This document shows, one piece after another, positions 12,646 to 24,691 of a DNA stretch of 64,000 nt (positions are counted from its first letter, which is position 1; each line of letters begins with the position of its first letter). Source of the DNA: Isurus oxyrinchus (lineage: Eukaryota); the NCBI GenBank assembly GCA_026770705.1, contig JANJGN010000024.1, positions 28,272,001-28,336,000 on the forward strand, in the 5' to 3' direction. The notes beneath the pieces were generated by a model. The model was not told the DNA's origin. It worked only from the letters and a program-made list of their open reading frames with translations, and did no database searches. The position numbers and the translations under genes were made by a program.

Positions 12646-13699
12646 GTGGGCATTTCCCATTTTGTCTGTCACAGGACATGGGCCTTAGATTTTTGGATGT
12701 GCCAAAGCTTGTATAGCGTATAACAGAAGATTGGTGTGTGTATATCTTGGGAGTACTGAGGTGACAAAACTATGAATGATGACTTTGATGGTGGGGTTTG
12801 AGACTGGGGAGGGATAGGGTGAGCACACTACTTAGATTTTACAGAATTTAGTTTTTTGACGAACTAACTGGCGGTTAACAGAAATGCAGTTAATAATGAA
12901 TCAGATTGAAACTTCAATAGCAAGTTAGTATGAGTTAGCATATGCAGTAACTACATTTTATAGACACCCATCAAACATATAGACATTGCAGCGAATTGCA
13001 TGTTTAGTTCACTTTACCACAGCATTATCATTCAATACAATATTGATGCTGAGGCCACACATAAATCTGAAGCTACTACTTCATACAACACAGCCTATGA
13101 TATTTTTATTTCCTTAGTCCAGCTGCACTGTAATACAATGCTACACTGAGTTTAATATTTATTTGACTGAGACCATGGCAGTGGTAGAAACAAATTGCCC
13201 TGATATAATTATAATTTTTATACGGTCAGGCAGGTTTCATCCCCCGGGTTTAACACTCGCGCCTAATGTGCCAAGTTGAAAAAAATATGCAAGTTTGTCT
13301 TTTTCATTTTCGGAGAATTCGGTTGAAACATGCTGGAGATAACATTTGGGCAAATAACAAGTTCCTGATGAGAATGAACAGCAAATCCAAGAAAAAAAAT
13401 CAGTAAACATGAAGATCCAATGTGGACAAACACTTCAGCTTCACAACTGATTTCCAGGCTTTTGCATGCTTCCTTACTGTGATAACCCCTAGGCACATAT
13501 TTCTGAAGTCCAACAAGATCATGACGGTCCGACAAGAATTAAACCATGTCACTTACTGAATCCTGGCTCATGATATCCCAGGACAATTAGCGAATATATT
13601 TAATATATTGCCCATATAATTAGCAGCCTCACAACTTAACTGAAAATGTTGGTGCTTATGTAGCAAAATGTAATCCTGAAGTGCAGAGGGATCTATACC

Positions 13700-14290
13700 G
13701 TGGCTACAAGAGCAGGTCAGAGGCTAGGAATCGTGCGAAGATGCCCCAAAGCCTGTCCACCATCTACAAGTCAGGAGTGTGGTGGAATACTCTCCACTTG
13801 CCTGGATGAGTGCAGCTCTAACAACACTGAAGAAGCCTGACACCATCCAGGACAAAGCAGCCCACTTGATTGGCACCACATCCACAAACATTCACTCCCT
13901 CCAACCCCGACGCACAGTAGCAGCAGTGTGTACCATCTACAAGATGCACTGCAGGAATTCACCAAGGCTCCTTCGACAGCACCTTCTAAACCCACGAACA
14001 CTACCACTTAGAAGGACAAGGGCAGCAGATACATGGGAACAGCACCACCTGGAGGTTCCCCTCCAAGTAACTCACTATCCTGACTTGGAAATATATTGCC
14101 GTTCCTTCACTGTCACTGGGTCAAACTCCTGGAATTCCCTTCCTAACAGCACTGTGGGTGTACCTACACCACATGGACTGCAGCAGTTCAAGAAGGCAGT
14201 TCACCGCCACCTTCTCAAGGGCAACTAGGGATGGGCAATAAATGCTGGCCCAGCCAGCGAAGCCCACATCCCATGAATGAATAAACAAAA
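13700..14290 (+). mobile_element. LINE A 3' end
   Basis: ORF 13779-14228 (EYSPLAWMSAA...SWNSLP...FKKAVHRHL). Tail catcccatgaatgaataaa. Confidence 0.9.
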
Positions 14291-14309
14291 AGAAAGGTAT
14301 TCTAGTACG

Positions 14310-14995
14310 AGTCACAAAAGTTAGGATGCAGGTACTGCAAATAATTAAGAAGACTCTTCTTTGTTACGAGAGAGATTGAACGTAAAAGTAAGGATGCTAT
14401 GCTTCAGTTATACAGGGCATTGGTGAGACCGTACCTTGAATACTGTGTGCAGTTTTGGTCTCCTTATTTAAGGAAGGATGTAAATGCATTGGGGACGGTT
14501 CAAAGGAGGTTTACTAGATTGATACCTGGAATGAATGGGTTGTCTTATGAGGACAGGGTGGACAGACTGGGCTTGTTTCATCTGGAGATTAGAAGAGTGA
14601 GGGGTGATTTGACTGAAGTCTCCAAGATCCTGAATGACTTTGACAAGGTGGACATCGAGAGGATGTTTCCTCTTGTGGGTGAGTCCAGAACTAGGGGGCA
14701 CTGTTTTAAAATTAGGGGTCACCCTTTTAGGACAGATGAGGATTTTTTTTTTCTCTTCGAGGGTTGTGTGACTTTGGAATTCGCTGCCTCAGAAGATGGT
14801 GGAAGTGGGGTCATTGAATATTTTCAAGGCAGAGGTAGACAGATTCTTCTCAGGCAAGGGAATCAAAGGTTATTGGGGTTAGATGGGAATGTGGAAATTG
14901 AAACACAAGAAGATCAGCCATGATCTTGTTGAATGATGGAGCAGGGTCGAGGAGCTGAATGGTCTACTCCTGTTCCTATTTCTTATGTTCTTATT
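14310..14995 (+). mobile_element. CR1 LINE 3' end
   Basis: LYRALVRPYLEYCVQFWSPYLRKD...TRGH, the typical CR1 ORF2 C-terminus. CR1 3' stem and tail cttatgttctt. Confidence 0.9.
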
Positions 14996-15297
14996 GAACG
15001 TTGAGACAGCATCACTGGTGCTCTGGTTGAATCTCTGAAAGATTTCAGTTGACCTTTACATTTTGGGCACAATTCTTTCACTCTGCAGTGTGGAGCGTAT
15101 GATTTGAAATATTGAAAGCAGTGTCATTTTCACCACATGTATGCACAAAGCATATAGCATCCAAAATTCTACAGTACAATTTTATTTTCCCTGAATTTTC
15201 AGTATTTTTTCATGGACAGTTACTTATTAACACAACTGACTTGAGTTCATTTGCTGACATACTGTTAGTGAAGAGAATAGTGTAAAGCAATCTTACT

Positions 15298-15969
15298 GCA
15301 TGGAATTTAATGCCCTCCCCCTGTGGTGAGTTTGGTGGCAGGGGGTATTTAATTGGGCATTAGGGTGGCAGGAAGGGACACCACCTCCTTCCTACCTCCA
15401 CCTGGAATAAGCCCATGGAAGGAAGGCAAGTGGATGGCCTTCCCAGCCCACTGCCAATTGAGACCCTTAAGTGGGCAAATAATGCCCACTTGAGGGCCTC
15501 ATCCCACTGCTAGTTGTATGAACCCAATGGCAGGTGGGCAGCATGACAAACAAACTTACGTGAGGTTTTTTTGTGGCCTCCTGGTGGTGTTGGGAGGTCG
15601 TGGGGTGCCCTATTCAAAGGCACTCAGTGCCTGATCAGGAGAAGGGGTGGTGCCTGCTGAGAGCCACCCTCTGCCTTTGCTGCCAAACCCCCTCCCACTC
15701 GATGCCCTTCTCGACATCACTCATGTGTATCAGAGCCCTCCTCGATCCTAGACCTTGGGTGCTGTTGTACCTACAGCTGCCACTACCCCCATGGTGGCAC
15801 TGCCATTTGGTAGAGCTGGCAGCCTCTGCCTGCAGCCCTTGATCTGAGGGAAGGCCCGCCACTGTCTAGATAAGTGACTGAGTAGCACTTAGTGCAGTGG
15901 GCCTTCCTTAAAAGAGGCAATGTGGAACCCTCACCAACTGAACCCCACTGCCTCCATTAAATACTGCCC
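15298..15969. mobile_element. Harbinger-type MITE
   Basis: gcatggaatttaatg / cattaaatactgccc ends. cccttaagtgggcaaataatgcccacttgaggg palindrome also seen at about 6370. Confidence 0.6.
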
Positions 15970-16549
15970 ACTGTCTCTCCTAGTTTATCTGAATAATTGT
16001 TGCCCAACAGAAAATAAACACTGGATAGATTTACAAGTTTATTGAACAAATTCACCACATGTTTTTCAAAGAAGACTTTGAAATTCTAAACAAGTAGATA
16101 CATTGTAAGAGCTGAACTGAAGTATCTGAACCACTGGTGCATCAAAAAATGGGTCCTTGTCATCTAATTCCCATCTACGTTCACTTGAATAAAGAAGTGC
16201 TCCATATTGAGGTTGCTCCATCTATTTTCAGAAATCAACACACAGGGAATTAGATAATTACCTACTGCTTCAGATGCAGATGCGATCTACTCCTTTATCC
16301 AGTTAGTAATTTTGGTTCAGAAGCGGATGAAAGTTTTGTCAGCTTTTTTGAAAAGGTGAGAACAAAACAGACATTCCACTTTGAACTCATGTCAAAAAAT
16401 GTTCTAAATTTGGCAGACAGAATCGCAACCTAAAATTATAAATGAGCAAGCCGTAAATTAATACATTTCACTCTCAGGTAAATGTAACTACATTTAAGCA
16501 CTTCACTGTGTAGTTTAGATTTTCCAGAAATAATACTCTTTGTTCTTGA

Positions 16550-17015
16550 AACAACAGTGACTGCACTTCAAAAGTAGTTCATTGGCTGCGAGTTGCTTAG
16601 GAGTAACTTGCTGACATGAAGAGTGCTATATAAATCCAAGTTACTTCTTTCTTTGTAGTGCCAATTTGGCTCAGATGAGTCAGAAGGTTGAGGCGTCAAG
16701 CTCCACCACATGACTTAAGCATGTAATCCAGTCTACATTGTCAAAGGTGCTGTCCTCAAAGAGATCTTAAACCAAGATCCAATCAGGCCATTAGTCATTT
16801 GGATAAAATTGAAAGATGCCATGCCATGTTTAAGGAGAAGCGGGGAGTTGTCCAGGTTCTTGGCCAACATTCCTCATGCAACTAAAATCACCTAAGATGT
16901 CCTGCTGTGTGCAAAATGCCTGTTGCATTTGACACTACAGTGACAGTCACTCCATTGCAAACTAATTTATTTTATGTAAAGTGACATGATATGGGCCATA
17001 TACATGCAAGTCTTG
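16550..17015 (+). mobile_element. Deu-domain SINE fragments (tail plus decayed copy)
   Basis: acaacagtgactgcacttcaaaagtagttcattggctg tail and a body matching 37985-38390. Confidence 0.6.
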
Positions 17016-18489
17016 TTAAAGCATTTAAAAGTTTGAATAAATCACTGTTGCACATGTAGTATGGACTCCAAAAAGATCAATCTGAGGCAGAGCTTTAACA
17101 CAGCAGAACCTAAGAGGAAAAAAAATGATCAAATCCATTATTAAGTGAAGCATCTTGGAAGATTTCTGCCAGTAATTCATTGGTAATAATAAAGCAAATT
17201 TCTTAATTGACCCAACTATATTTCTAAAGCAACTTTGCAATGGCAGTACATCACCAACCATTATGTGCCTCAATGTGAAAGGTTGACCTAATTAAGAGTA
17301 AAATACAGAATAATTTATAAAATATTCTCCACTATTCACACTGAATATCATCAAGTCTGCTTCATTGGTTACCTTCTGCACATAAGAAGTGCTCATAAAA
17401 TGTAATGTTTTATATGAAATGAATGCTGTCCTTGTTAGGTACAACACTATGGTGCATTAAACGAAGCTGCATGCTAGTCATGATTTTAACAATTAAAATG
17501 AAGATAATTCAGTAAAATGCCCTTTGCCTAGGAGTGCAATAACAAATTAGCAGTATGTGGACATGGCTAATTGTTTACTTCTGATGTTACGTACTTTTTG
17601 CATTCAACTTCACTAATTATATCAACAGAGCACCATATGGGGCCATCCTTTATTTCTATGATGAAGTGTGATTTGGATTCAATTGCAGGAATAATAAATA
17701 AACTGGAGCATACTTTTTTTTTGTCTTCAGTTAACAGACCAATGAACGACTGATCCAAGCAGTTAATTAACTGGCAAATTATGGATTTCAGAATTTAACT
17801 ATTCATAATGGACTTGAAGTATTGCCACAATTCTCAACTGTTGGTAAATAAAACCCAACTTTTGGTGATATTTACAGTGACCATTTTCTATTTATATGCC
17901 TGTGTTTTTCAGCTTCTTTCTATGGCTGACAATTGAAAGAAGTTTACTAAGCGATGATTCTCACTCAGCAGTATTGATTAAAACTGTGCAAAGAATGCTG
18001 ATTGAAGTCTGGCAGCTGATTGAGTAGAAGTGTCAGAATTGATTCTAACACAGGGTGTAATGTGCTAGTGGTCAAACCTATTAAAAAAAGACAATAGGCT
18101 ATACTCAGAACATGAGCATGGGAACCAATTAAAGAGTCTTTCATCTGTAGCAAATGTACATTAGCAGCACACTTTTACCAAATTTGCAGGAATACACAGC
18201 TGCAGGTCAATTTGCTTTATAACCATCGAACTATAGGACAAATGCATGGATCTGAATATAGCGCTCTCAAGAAAGTGAGAAGGTACATCCCTGACAAACA
18301 TTTGGGGCTGGAGTCAGCAGGGAACACATTCTTCTGATGAAGGGAACCCCCTTGCTTCTCGCCTGAGATCGAACTTACTTTGTTTCCACATTCCCACCCC
18401 ACCACCCAGCCCGAGCTGTCATCCACCTGGCAGCCTAAAATTTAGGCTGGACTGGAAAAGGCCCCTAAGTGGCCATTCCCGGGCCTTAA

Positions 18490-19570
18490 CCTGGGGCAAC
18501 AAATTCAGTCCATGAACTCGGTCCTCCATCTTCACTCTTTTTTAATCCCTTTTTTAAAAAATGTATTTTTATTTTGTTTTTTTCATTTTTTAATGTTTTT
18601 TAATTTATTTATTTTTATTCATTGTTTTATCCCTTTTCTATCCTTTATCTCCAACCACCGCCCCTGTCCACATCGCCCCCAAAGGGCTATTTATCACTTG
18701 TTCTATGTTGTTCTTTCACAGAGTGCTGACCCTTGTCCTGCTGTTCACACATTCTGCTTTCTTATCTACATGCCACTATCTACACCTTCTTTATCCCTTA
18801 CCTCTACCATTAACACTCCCTTTGCCTTGTCTCCATGACATTTTTGTCGATGACTTTCCACCCTGCTTTACCCGTTTAACCCCTTCCCCCCATGCAGCAT
18901 AAACTCCATCACTTTTTTAATTCTCTTTGGCTTTGAAGAAGAGCAATACAGACTCAAAACATTGGCCAGGATTTTGCCCTCGACGGGCGGGCTGGGCGGG
19001 GGCAGGCGGGAGTGGTCAGGAAGCCAACAGCTGCCCGCGATCTGGGTCAGGCCGCGATTTCACACCGGTGGGGGCAATTAAGGCCCGCCCAGCGTGAAAC
19101 ACTTGCTGCAGCGCTTAGCCGCTGCCTGTGAAAGGAGGGCGAGTGGGGAGCTGCCTCAGGGAGATGAAGATTTCAAAAATAATTAAAAATAAAGAACTTT
19201 AAAAGAACAAAACATGTCCCCTCATCTGACCCTGTCACATGAGAAGGGACATGTTGTTATTAATAAAATGTTTACATTTTTATCTAATTTTTAATAGCTG
19301 TTGGAAACCTCATCCCGCCTGTGGATGAGGTTTCCTAAAAAATCCAAAGGGTTTGCCTGCCCAACTGTAAGGTTGGATGTGCAGCAACAAATTTAATTCA
19401 ATTATTACTTTAATAGCCTTAATAGGCCTACTAATTGTCGGCGGGTGTGCTGATGACTCCCGCGCTCTTTTTCTCTCTCCACAGTTGCCGTCAGACCTGC
19501 TGAGTTTTTCCAGCATTTTTCTGTTTTTATTTCAGATTTCCAGCATCCGCAGCATTTTGCTTTTACTTTT
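18490..19570 (+). mobile_element. Penelope-like 3' region and terminus interrupted by a MITE at 18964-19464
   Basis: T-rich/C-rich UTR, then tttgaagaagagcaatacagactcaaaacatt, then the MITE, then ctctttttctctctccacagttgccgtcagacctgctgag. Confidence 0.7.
18964..19464. mobile_element. Harbinger MITE, hairpin subfamily, right end deleted
   Basis: TIR ggccaggatttt. Hairpins at about 19212-19255 and 19303-19335. Confidence 0.8.
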
Positions 19571-19574
19571 AATT

Positions 19575-19760
19575 TTTTTTAAACTGTGTCCCCTAGTTTT
19601 AGACTACCTAACAAGTGGAAATATCCTCTCCGCACCTACCATATCAAGTCCACTCAGGATCTTAGGTGCTTCAATAAGATCACCTTTCATTCTTTCAAAT
19701 TCCAACGGGTATCAGCCCAACCTGCTCAACCTTTCCTCATAAGATAACCCCTTCATCCCA
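19575..19760 (-). mobile_element. CR1 fragment
   Basis: Reverse complement matches the CR1 C-terminal region (YEERL...TRGH). Confidence 0.6.
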
Positions 19761-20571
19761 AGGATGAACAGGGAATAAAAATTCCAGAGTTGCAGACTGG
19801 ACAAACCATCGTTCAATGCAGATGAAGTAGGGCGAAATGAAATCAATTGTTCGTTTCTTTTTGTCGTTCATTCATGGGACCCGGGTGTCGCTTGCTAGGC
19901 CAGCATTTATTGTCTACCGCCCTAATTTGCTGGTATGGTGATCCACCATTGAACGCAAAACCACTCAATTTGAGAACCTGTGTTGTAAAACAAGACTTCA
20001 ACCCCAGTTTTCCTCTGACTGGCCAACAAAGGTACATTCTCAGAGAAAAAATATTGCAAAGCCCGGTGTACTCTCAATTTTGCTAGTAGATAATTAATTA
20101 CAGATAAAACCGTTTGTTGAGAAATTTCAGCCACAATATGCAGTCCTTAAATTGTTGTGGTCTCCAGAGGATAAAATGAGGTGAGTCATCATTTGGAAGA
20201 TCTGTATGTTCTGACAAATCTGAGGCGTACTTCACTTCAAAATACATTGAAAGTCATACAAGCAATTGCATTTAGATAAGAAAAGGTTCATATAGTAATT
20301 AGCATAAAACGATTCAAGTCAATTTGAAGGCCAATATGTTACACCAATTATAAAAATTACGATCAGTTGACAAAATGAATTATCAGCCCTCAGTTATATT
20401 AACTTGAAATCGGATGGAATAGTATATGCTTACATGCAGGCTTTCATCAAATACTGATTAAAATGGCATGGGGAAATCATAAACGTAGCTAACAGTTACT
20501 ATGAATCATAATATATATCACTATTATTAAATGTCATTAGACTACATTATTTTCCATATCATAGAATCATA

Positions 20572-20687
20572 GGGTAGAATTTTACGGCAGTGGGATTTTA
20601 CATTCCTGCTAAAGCCAATGGGGTTTAGAATGTCTTGCAGCATTTTACAGCCCCAACCCTGCCGAAACTGGGCCGTAAAATTCCGCC
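20572..20687. mobile_element. Mini-MITE (about 117 bp), TSD ATA
   Basis: gggtagaatttt...aaaattccgcc flanked by ata/ata. Same family as 37863, 55303 and 61945. Confidence 0.85.
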
Positions 20688-20715
20688 ATAAAGTAGTACA
20701 GGACAGAAGGATCTA

Positions 20716-21381
20716 GGGCAGAATCTTCTGGCTGACGTGTGGGTGGCAGAGCCTGTAAGTCAGTGCTTAAAATGTCTCATGCTGACGTCGCACGAGCGTC
20801 CCGATGTCAACGTGCGGCATCACGATGTTTCAGTCGGCGGGTGCGCTATGCAGTGCGCCCGCCATTAATTAAAGGCCTTGTTAAGGCCATCAAGTGACCA
20901 ATTGACCAGGATTTTGAGGGTCCCGTGCGAACTTCAGCTCAGCACGCAGACCCAATGGGCAGGCGGGATAGTGATTTTTTTAACAAACCTCATCCACTGG
21001 CGGGATGAGGTTTGATTTCAGGTTTAAAAAAGTTAACTAAAATTTTTATGTATTTCATTAACATGTCCCATCTCGTGTGACATTTTCACATGAAGGGGGC
21101 ATGTTAATGATTTTTTTTTATTTTTCTACTTTTGAACTTTCACCGCCTTTCAGCGATCTCCCTGAGGCAGCACTTAGCCTCAGTGCACATGCGCAAAAGA
21201 GCGCACTCTCGCCACTGGGGAATCCCCCCTTCCACCTGCACAGGAGCGTATAGCGCTTCCCATCGGGCAACACGCTGGACAGTAAAATGACGGCGGGGCC
21301 CATTTCGTCTGTGGCAATCGGCGGCCCACCCACCGCTGAGTCATTTGGGCCCACCCACCCATCAAGGGCAAAATTCTGCCC
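20716..21381. mobile_element. Harbinger MITE, hairpin subfamily
   Basis: gggcagaatctt / aaaattctgccc. Flanks cta/ctg. Internal hairpins. Confidence 0.85.
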
Positions 21382-21389
21382 CTGGAGTT

Positions 21390-23080
21390 TTATCCTCTTC
21401 TGGTTTCATGTCGTTTTCTCCCTTTCTCTCCTAACTGTGTTCATATTATTTATATATTCTCTACTGAAGTCTCATCTTCCTGCCTCAACTTTACTGAAGA
21501 AGATAATAACGTTATTCAATACTTCTGAAATTATTCTGCAATTAACTGTGGGTTTGTCTTATTCATTGTTTAGTGCACCTATCCCGACTTTAATTTTCCT
21601 TGTTACTTATGTGCCCAAAGAACACTATTGTTTCTTTTAAAATTTGACCTTGGAATTTAACTTTGTTTTCTTGGTTTTGAAGTTCTTCATATTCCCTTTT
21701 CTCCTCTCCATCAGTATTTAAGTATTTCTTATGTCTTTAGTTTTAAATTCAATTTTCCCTTTAGTGCTTTATTCATCCACAGTGGCCCATGAAGCTGGCT
21801 TGTTTTTGGCTTTCAGTGGGATCCATTTCTCTTGATTTCTATTGATTCCCCTTTTAAGGATTTCCCATTGTTTTTCGGTTTTTATTTTTCAATAATTCCT
21901 CCCCAATTACCTTCTTTAGTTCTATCCTCAAAATTTTCACTTTTCCACTCTGCTATGGTTGTTTTGGTCCGACTTATGTCACTCGCGATCCTCATCTTGA
22001 ACTCTACCACGTTGTGATCACGACTGCTCTTACTCCTAGGGCCAGGTTTTCACGTGCCAAATTGGGTTGGCACAGAAGTAAGCAACCAATACAAAGGCAC
22101 CCACAGCCTGCTCCCTGGTCTGCCGCCTCCATTGCTGACCCCACCAAGGTTTGAGGGGGCTGGGGGCACAGCCAGGGAGAGTGAAGTTGCCTGCATCATT
22201 CATTGGGCAAATATATGCAATTAAGGAACTTGTTGAGACCTCACCTTCTAAAGTCATGAGATTTTTACAGGGGCCGGCTGTCCACTGGAGAGGTGTGTAA
22301 ATCCGAACAGCTCCAGCCAGTCAAGAGCAGAGTCGGCAGCAGTGATAAAGTTTGACGTAATTTTTAAAAGTGTAAGTATTGACGAGAGCCTACTGCACTA
22401 CAATTAACTTTCAGTAATGCTAACATTTCCTTACCCTACCCAGGGTTCCAGCTCTCCATCTGCCCAAGCCAATTTGAAGATGAAAATGCTTTCCTTTTGT
22501 TTTAAATCATGCACAGTTGGCAGCCACAGCGTTGATTGTCTGGTCAGCTCAGAATGTGGCTTGCTTCCCTGGTGTCCCACCTCCATGCTCGCTGACCCCC
22601 CTCCCCCAAACAGCCACTAATTGGATGGCGCCCTATCTTCCTCCAATTTACTTCTTGTTCTATGCAAATATCAATCAGTTCCCGGTTCACATCACTACCT
22701 ATAAATGAATCCACCACCCGATTCCTGCCTCCTCTGTGAAAATCCGGCCCCTCATATCTGTTCCGGTTCATTACCCATTACAAGGTTTAGCAGTGATTCT
22801 TTCCTTGTTGAATTTCCTTTGTATTGAGTGAGAAAGGGTTCTTGTATACGTTTTAAAAAATCAATTTACTTTTCTCCTTTCACGGCTATTCTTCCAGTTT
22901 ACTTAGACATAGGTGAAATCTTCCATGGTGATTATTCTATGCCTGCTACTCAGATCCTATAAATTTGCCTACATGATCAATATAATCACGTTTTTTTGAG
23001 AGCTGGCAATTTGTTTAACATTACCATTAAATACATTATATTTTTAATAAAAATCTCGGCGCATTCAGGTGGAAAAATTA
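21390..23080 (-). mobile_element. Old CR1 ORF2 endonuclease-region remnant, split by a MITE
   Basis: Minus-strand translation gives IQEPFLTQY..STR..LLNLVMGNEPEQI and SRDHNVVEF, matching CR1 APE motifs (LDLV..N, SDH). Confidence 0.6.
22039..22750. mobile_element. Harbinger-type MITE
   Basis: gggccaggttttcac / gtgaaaatccggccc TIRs. Flanks cta/ctc. Confidence 0.7.
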
Positions 23081-24454
23081 ATTAGACAATCCCCTGAAAA
23101 ATAAGGAGAAATATGTTGACCTCCACATGAAATTCCTGAGAATTAAGTGTTTGGCACTGCAAGGAACAAATGATCTAATTAGCTTCATTATGTATGTTGC
23201 TGCATGCATTAGAACCCAATTGCATGTTTGCTTTTTACTCTTCAATTTCTGTCAGGTTTGGGAAACTTCAATTTTTCTGGACTAGTTGTTCTGTCGGTTG
23301 ATTTGTGACGATTTCAAAAAATGCCAATGTCCCAATACTAAAACTACTCCACAACAAGCTGCATTTATACAGCAGCTTTAACATCCCACTGTGCCAGAAC
23401 TTAGTTTGTAATGAGCAAGCTGCTGCTCAAATTTCAAATAGACCTTGGGGGAGAATTTTCCCCACGTCGGGAAGCAGGACCGTGCCGCCATTTTACGCGG
23501 GTGGGCCAATTAAAGCCTGCCCAGCGTGTTTGCCGAATCCCGGGGACGGTGGGAGTGGGCAGGCGGAGGCAGATCGGCACTCACCGCCGGGTCAAATAGC
23601 GACCCGGCGGCCTGTTTAAAGGCCAAGTTTCAGCCGCTCCAAGGCTGCTGGACGTGGCAAGAGGTTGGGGCCAAGGCACATCGAGGCTGGCCATGCAGGA
23701 GGGTAGGGCGGGTGGTCACTGTGCGCCCAGGTTTTCAGACAAGTGCCTTGCTGCCCTCCTCAAGGAGGTGGCAGCACAGCGGGAGGAGGAGGCAGCCCCA
23801 CCTAACCAAGTGTGCATGGGAGGAGGTAGCGGAGGTTGTGAGTTCCCACGATGTGGTGCGGCGCTCATGGACCCAATGCCACAAGAGCTTCAATGACCTG
23901 CTGCACACGGGAAGAGTGAGGAGCATGTTGGCATCGTTCACTTCACCCATCATGTAAGCTTCTCCCCCACTGGCACCCCCAATGTCTGGGTGGCCTGAGT
24001 GCAGTGAATCATTGACGGCATGTGTCCTTAGCTGGGCAGCCCACCAGATATTCCCTATGCGTTGGTCAACCTGAGAGGGTGGTGGTGAGATGGGTTCTGC
24101 ACCTGCAGCATGTAGTGGACAGACACCCACATGACTGTGGTGGGGGGCACCCTGGAGGATCTGCACCCAGGCGCACTGCTCGAACTCCAGGACGTGTTGA
24201 AGTCAGGGTGATGACATGGCGGGAGTGGATGTGCAAGGTGGCGTGGCACAGTTGGATCTGCTGCTCTCTGCGCTCCATGTCATTATGCCTCCTTGCAATG
24301 GCAGGTACAACTGTGTTGAAGGCAGCATGTGGGCATGGGAGGTGGGGGACACACTGGCATATTAGTGTGAGTGCTGGCCAGTAGCGGGGGGAGGATGCAC
24401 TGCACCCCTGCAATGGGCAGCTGGGGATTGACAGTACAAGTATCACTTATCAAT

Positions 24455-24691
24455 AATAAAAACAAAAAACTGCGGATGCTGGAAATCCAAAACAAAAACA
24501 GAATTACCTGGAAAAACTCAGCAGGTCTGGCAGCATCGGCAGAGAAGATAAGAGTTGATGTTTCGAGTCCTCATGACCCTTCGACAGAACTTCTGTCGAA
24601 GGGTCATGAGGACTCGAAACGTCAACTCTTATCTTCTCTGCCGATGCTGCCAGACCTGCTGAGGTTTTCCAGGTAATTCTGTTTTTGTTTT
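24455..24691. mobile_element. Palindromic Penelope-like terminal repeat insertion with 14-bp TSD, inside the Myb gene intron
   Basis: Inverted copies centred at about 24590. tatcacttatcaat is duplicated at 24441-24454 and 24692-24705. Confidence 0.85.
24589..24627 (+). ncRNA. Putative minimal type I hammerhead ribozyme (variant core)
   Basis: CTGTCGA-A-GGGTC-atgag-GACTC-GAAAC-GTC-aact. Helix I 5' arm is partly lost at the palindrome junction. Confidence 0.5.

Noticed and set aside
18333-18375. ctgatgaaggg resembling a hammerhead 5' core
   Set aside because: No GAAA-N-UH half at a suitable distance and no helix I
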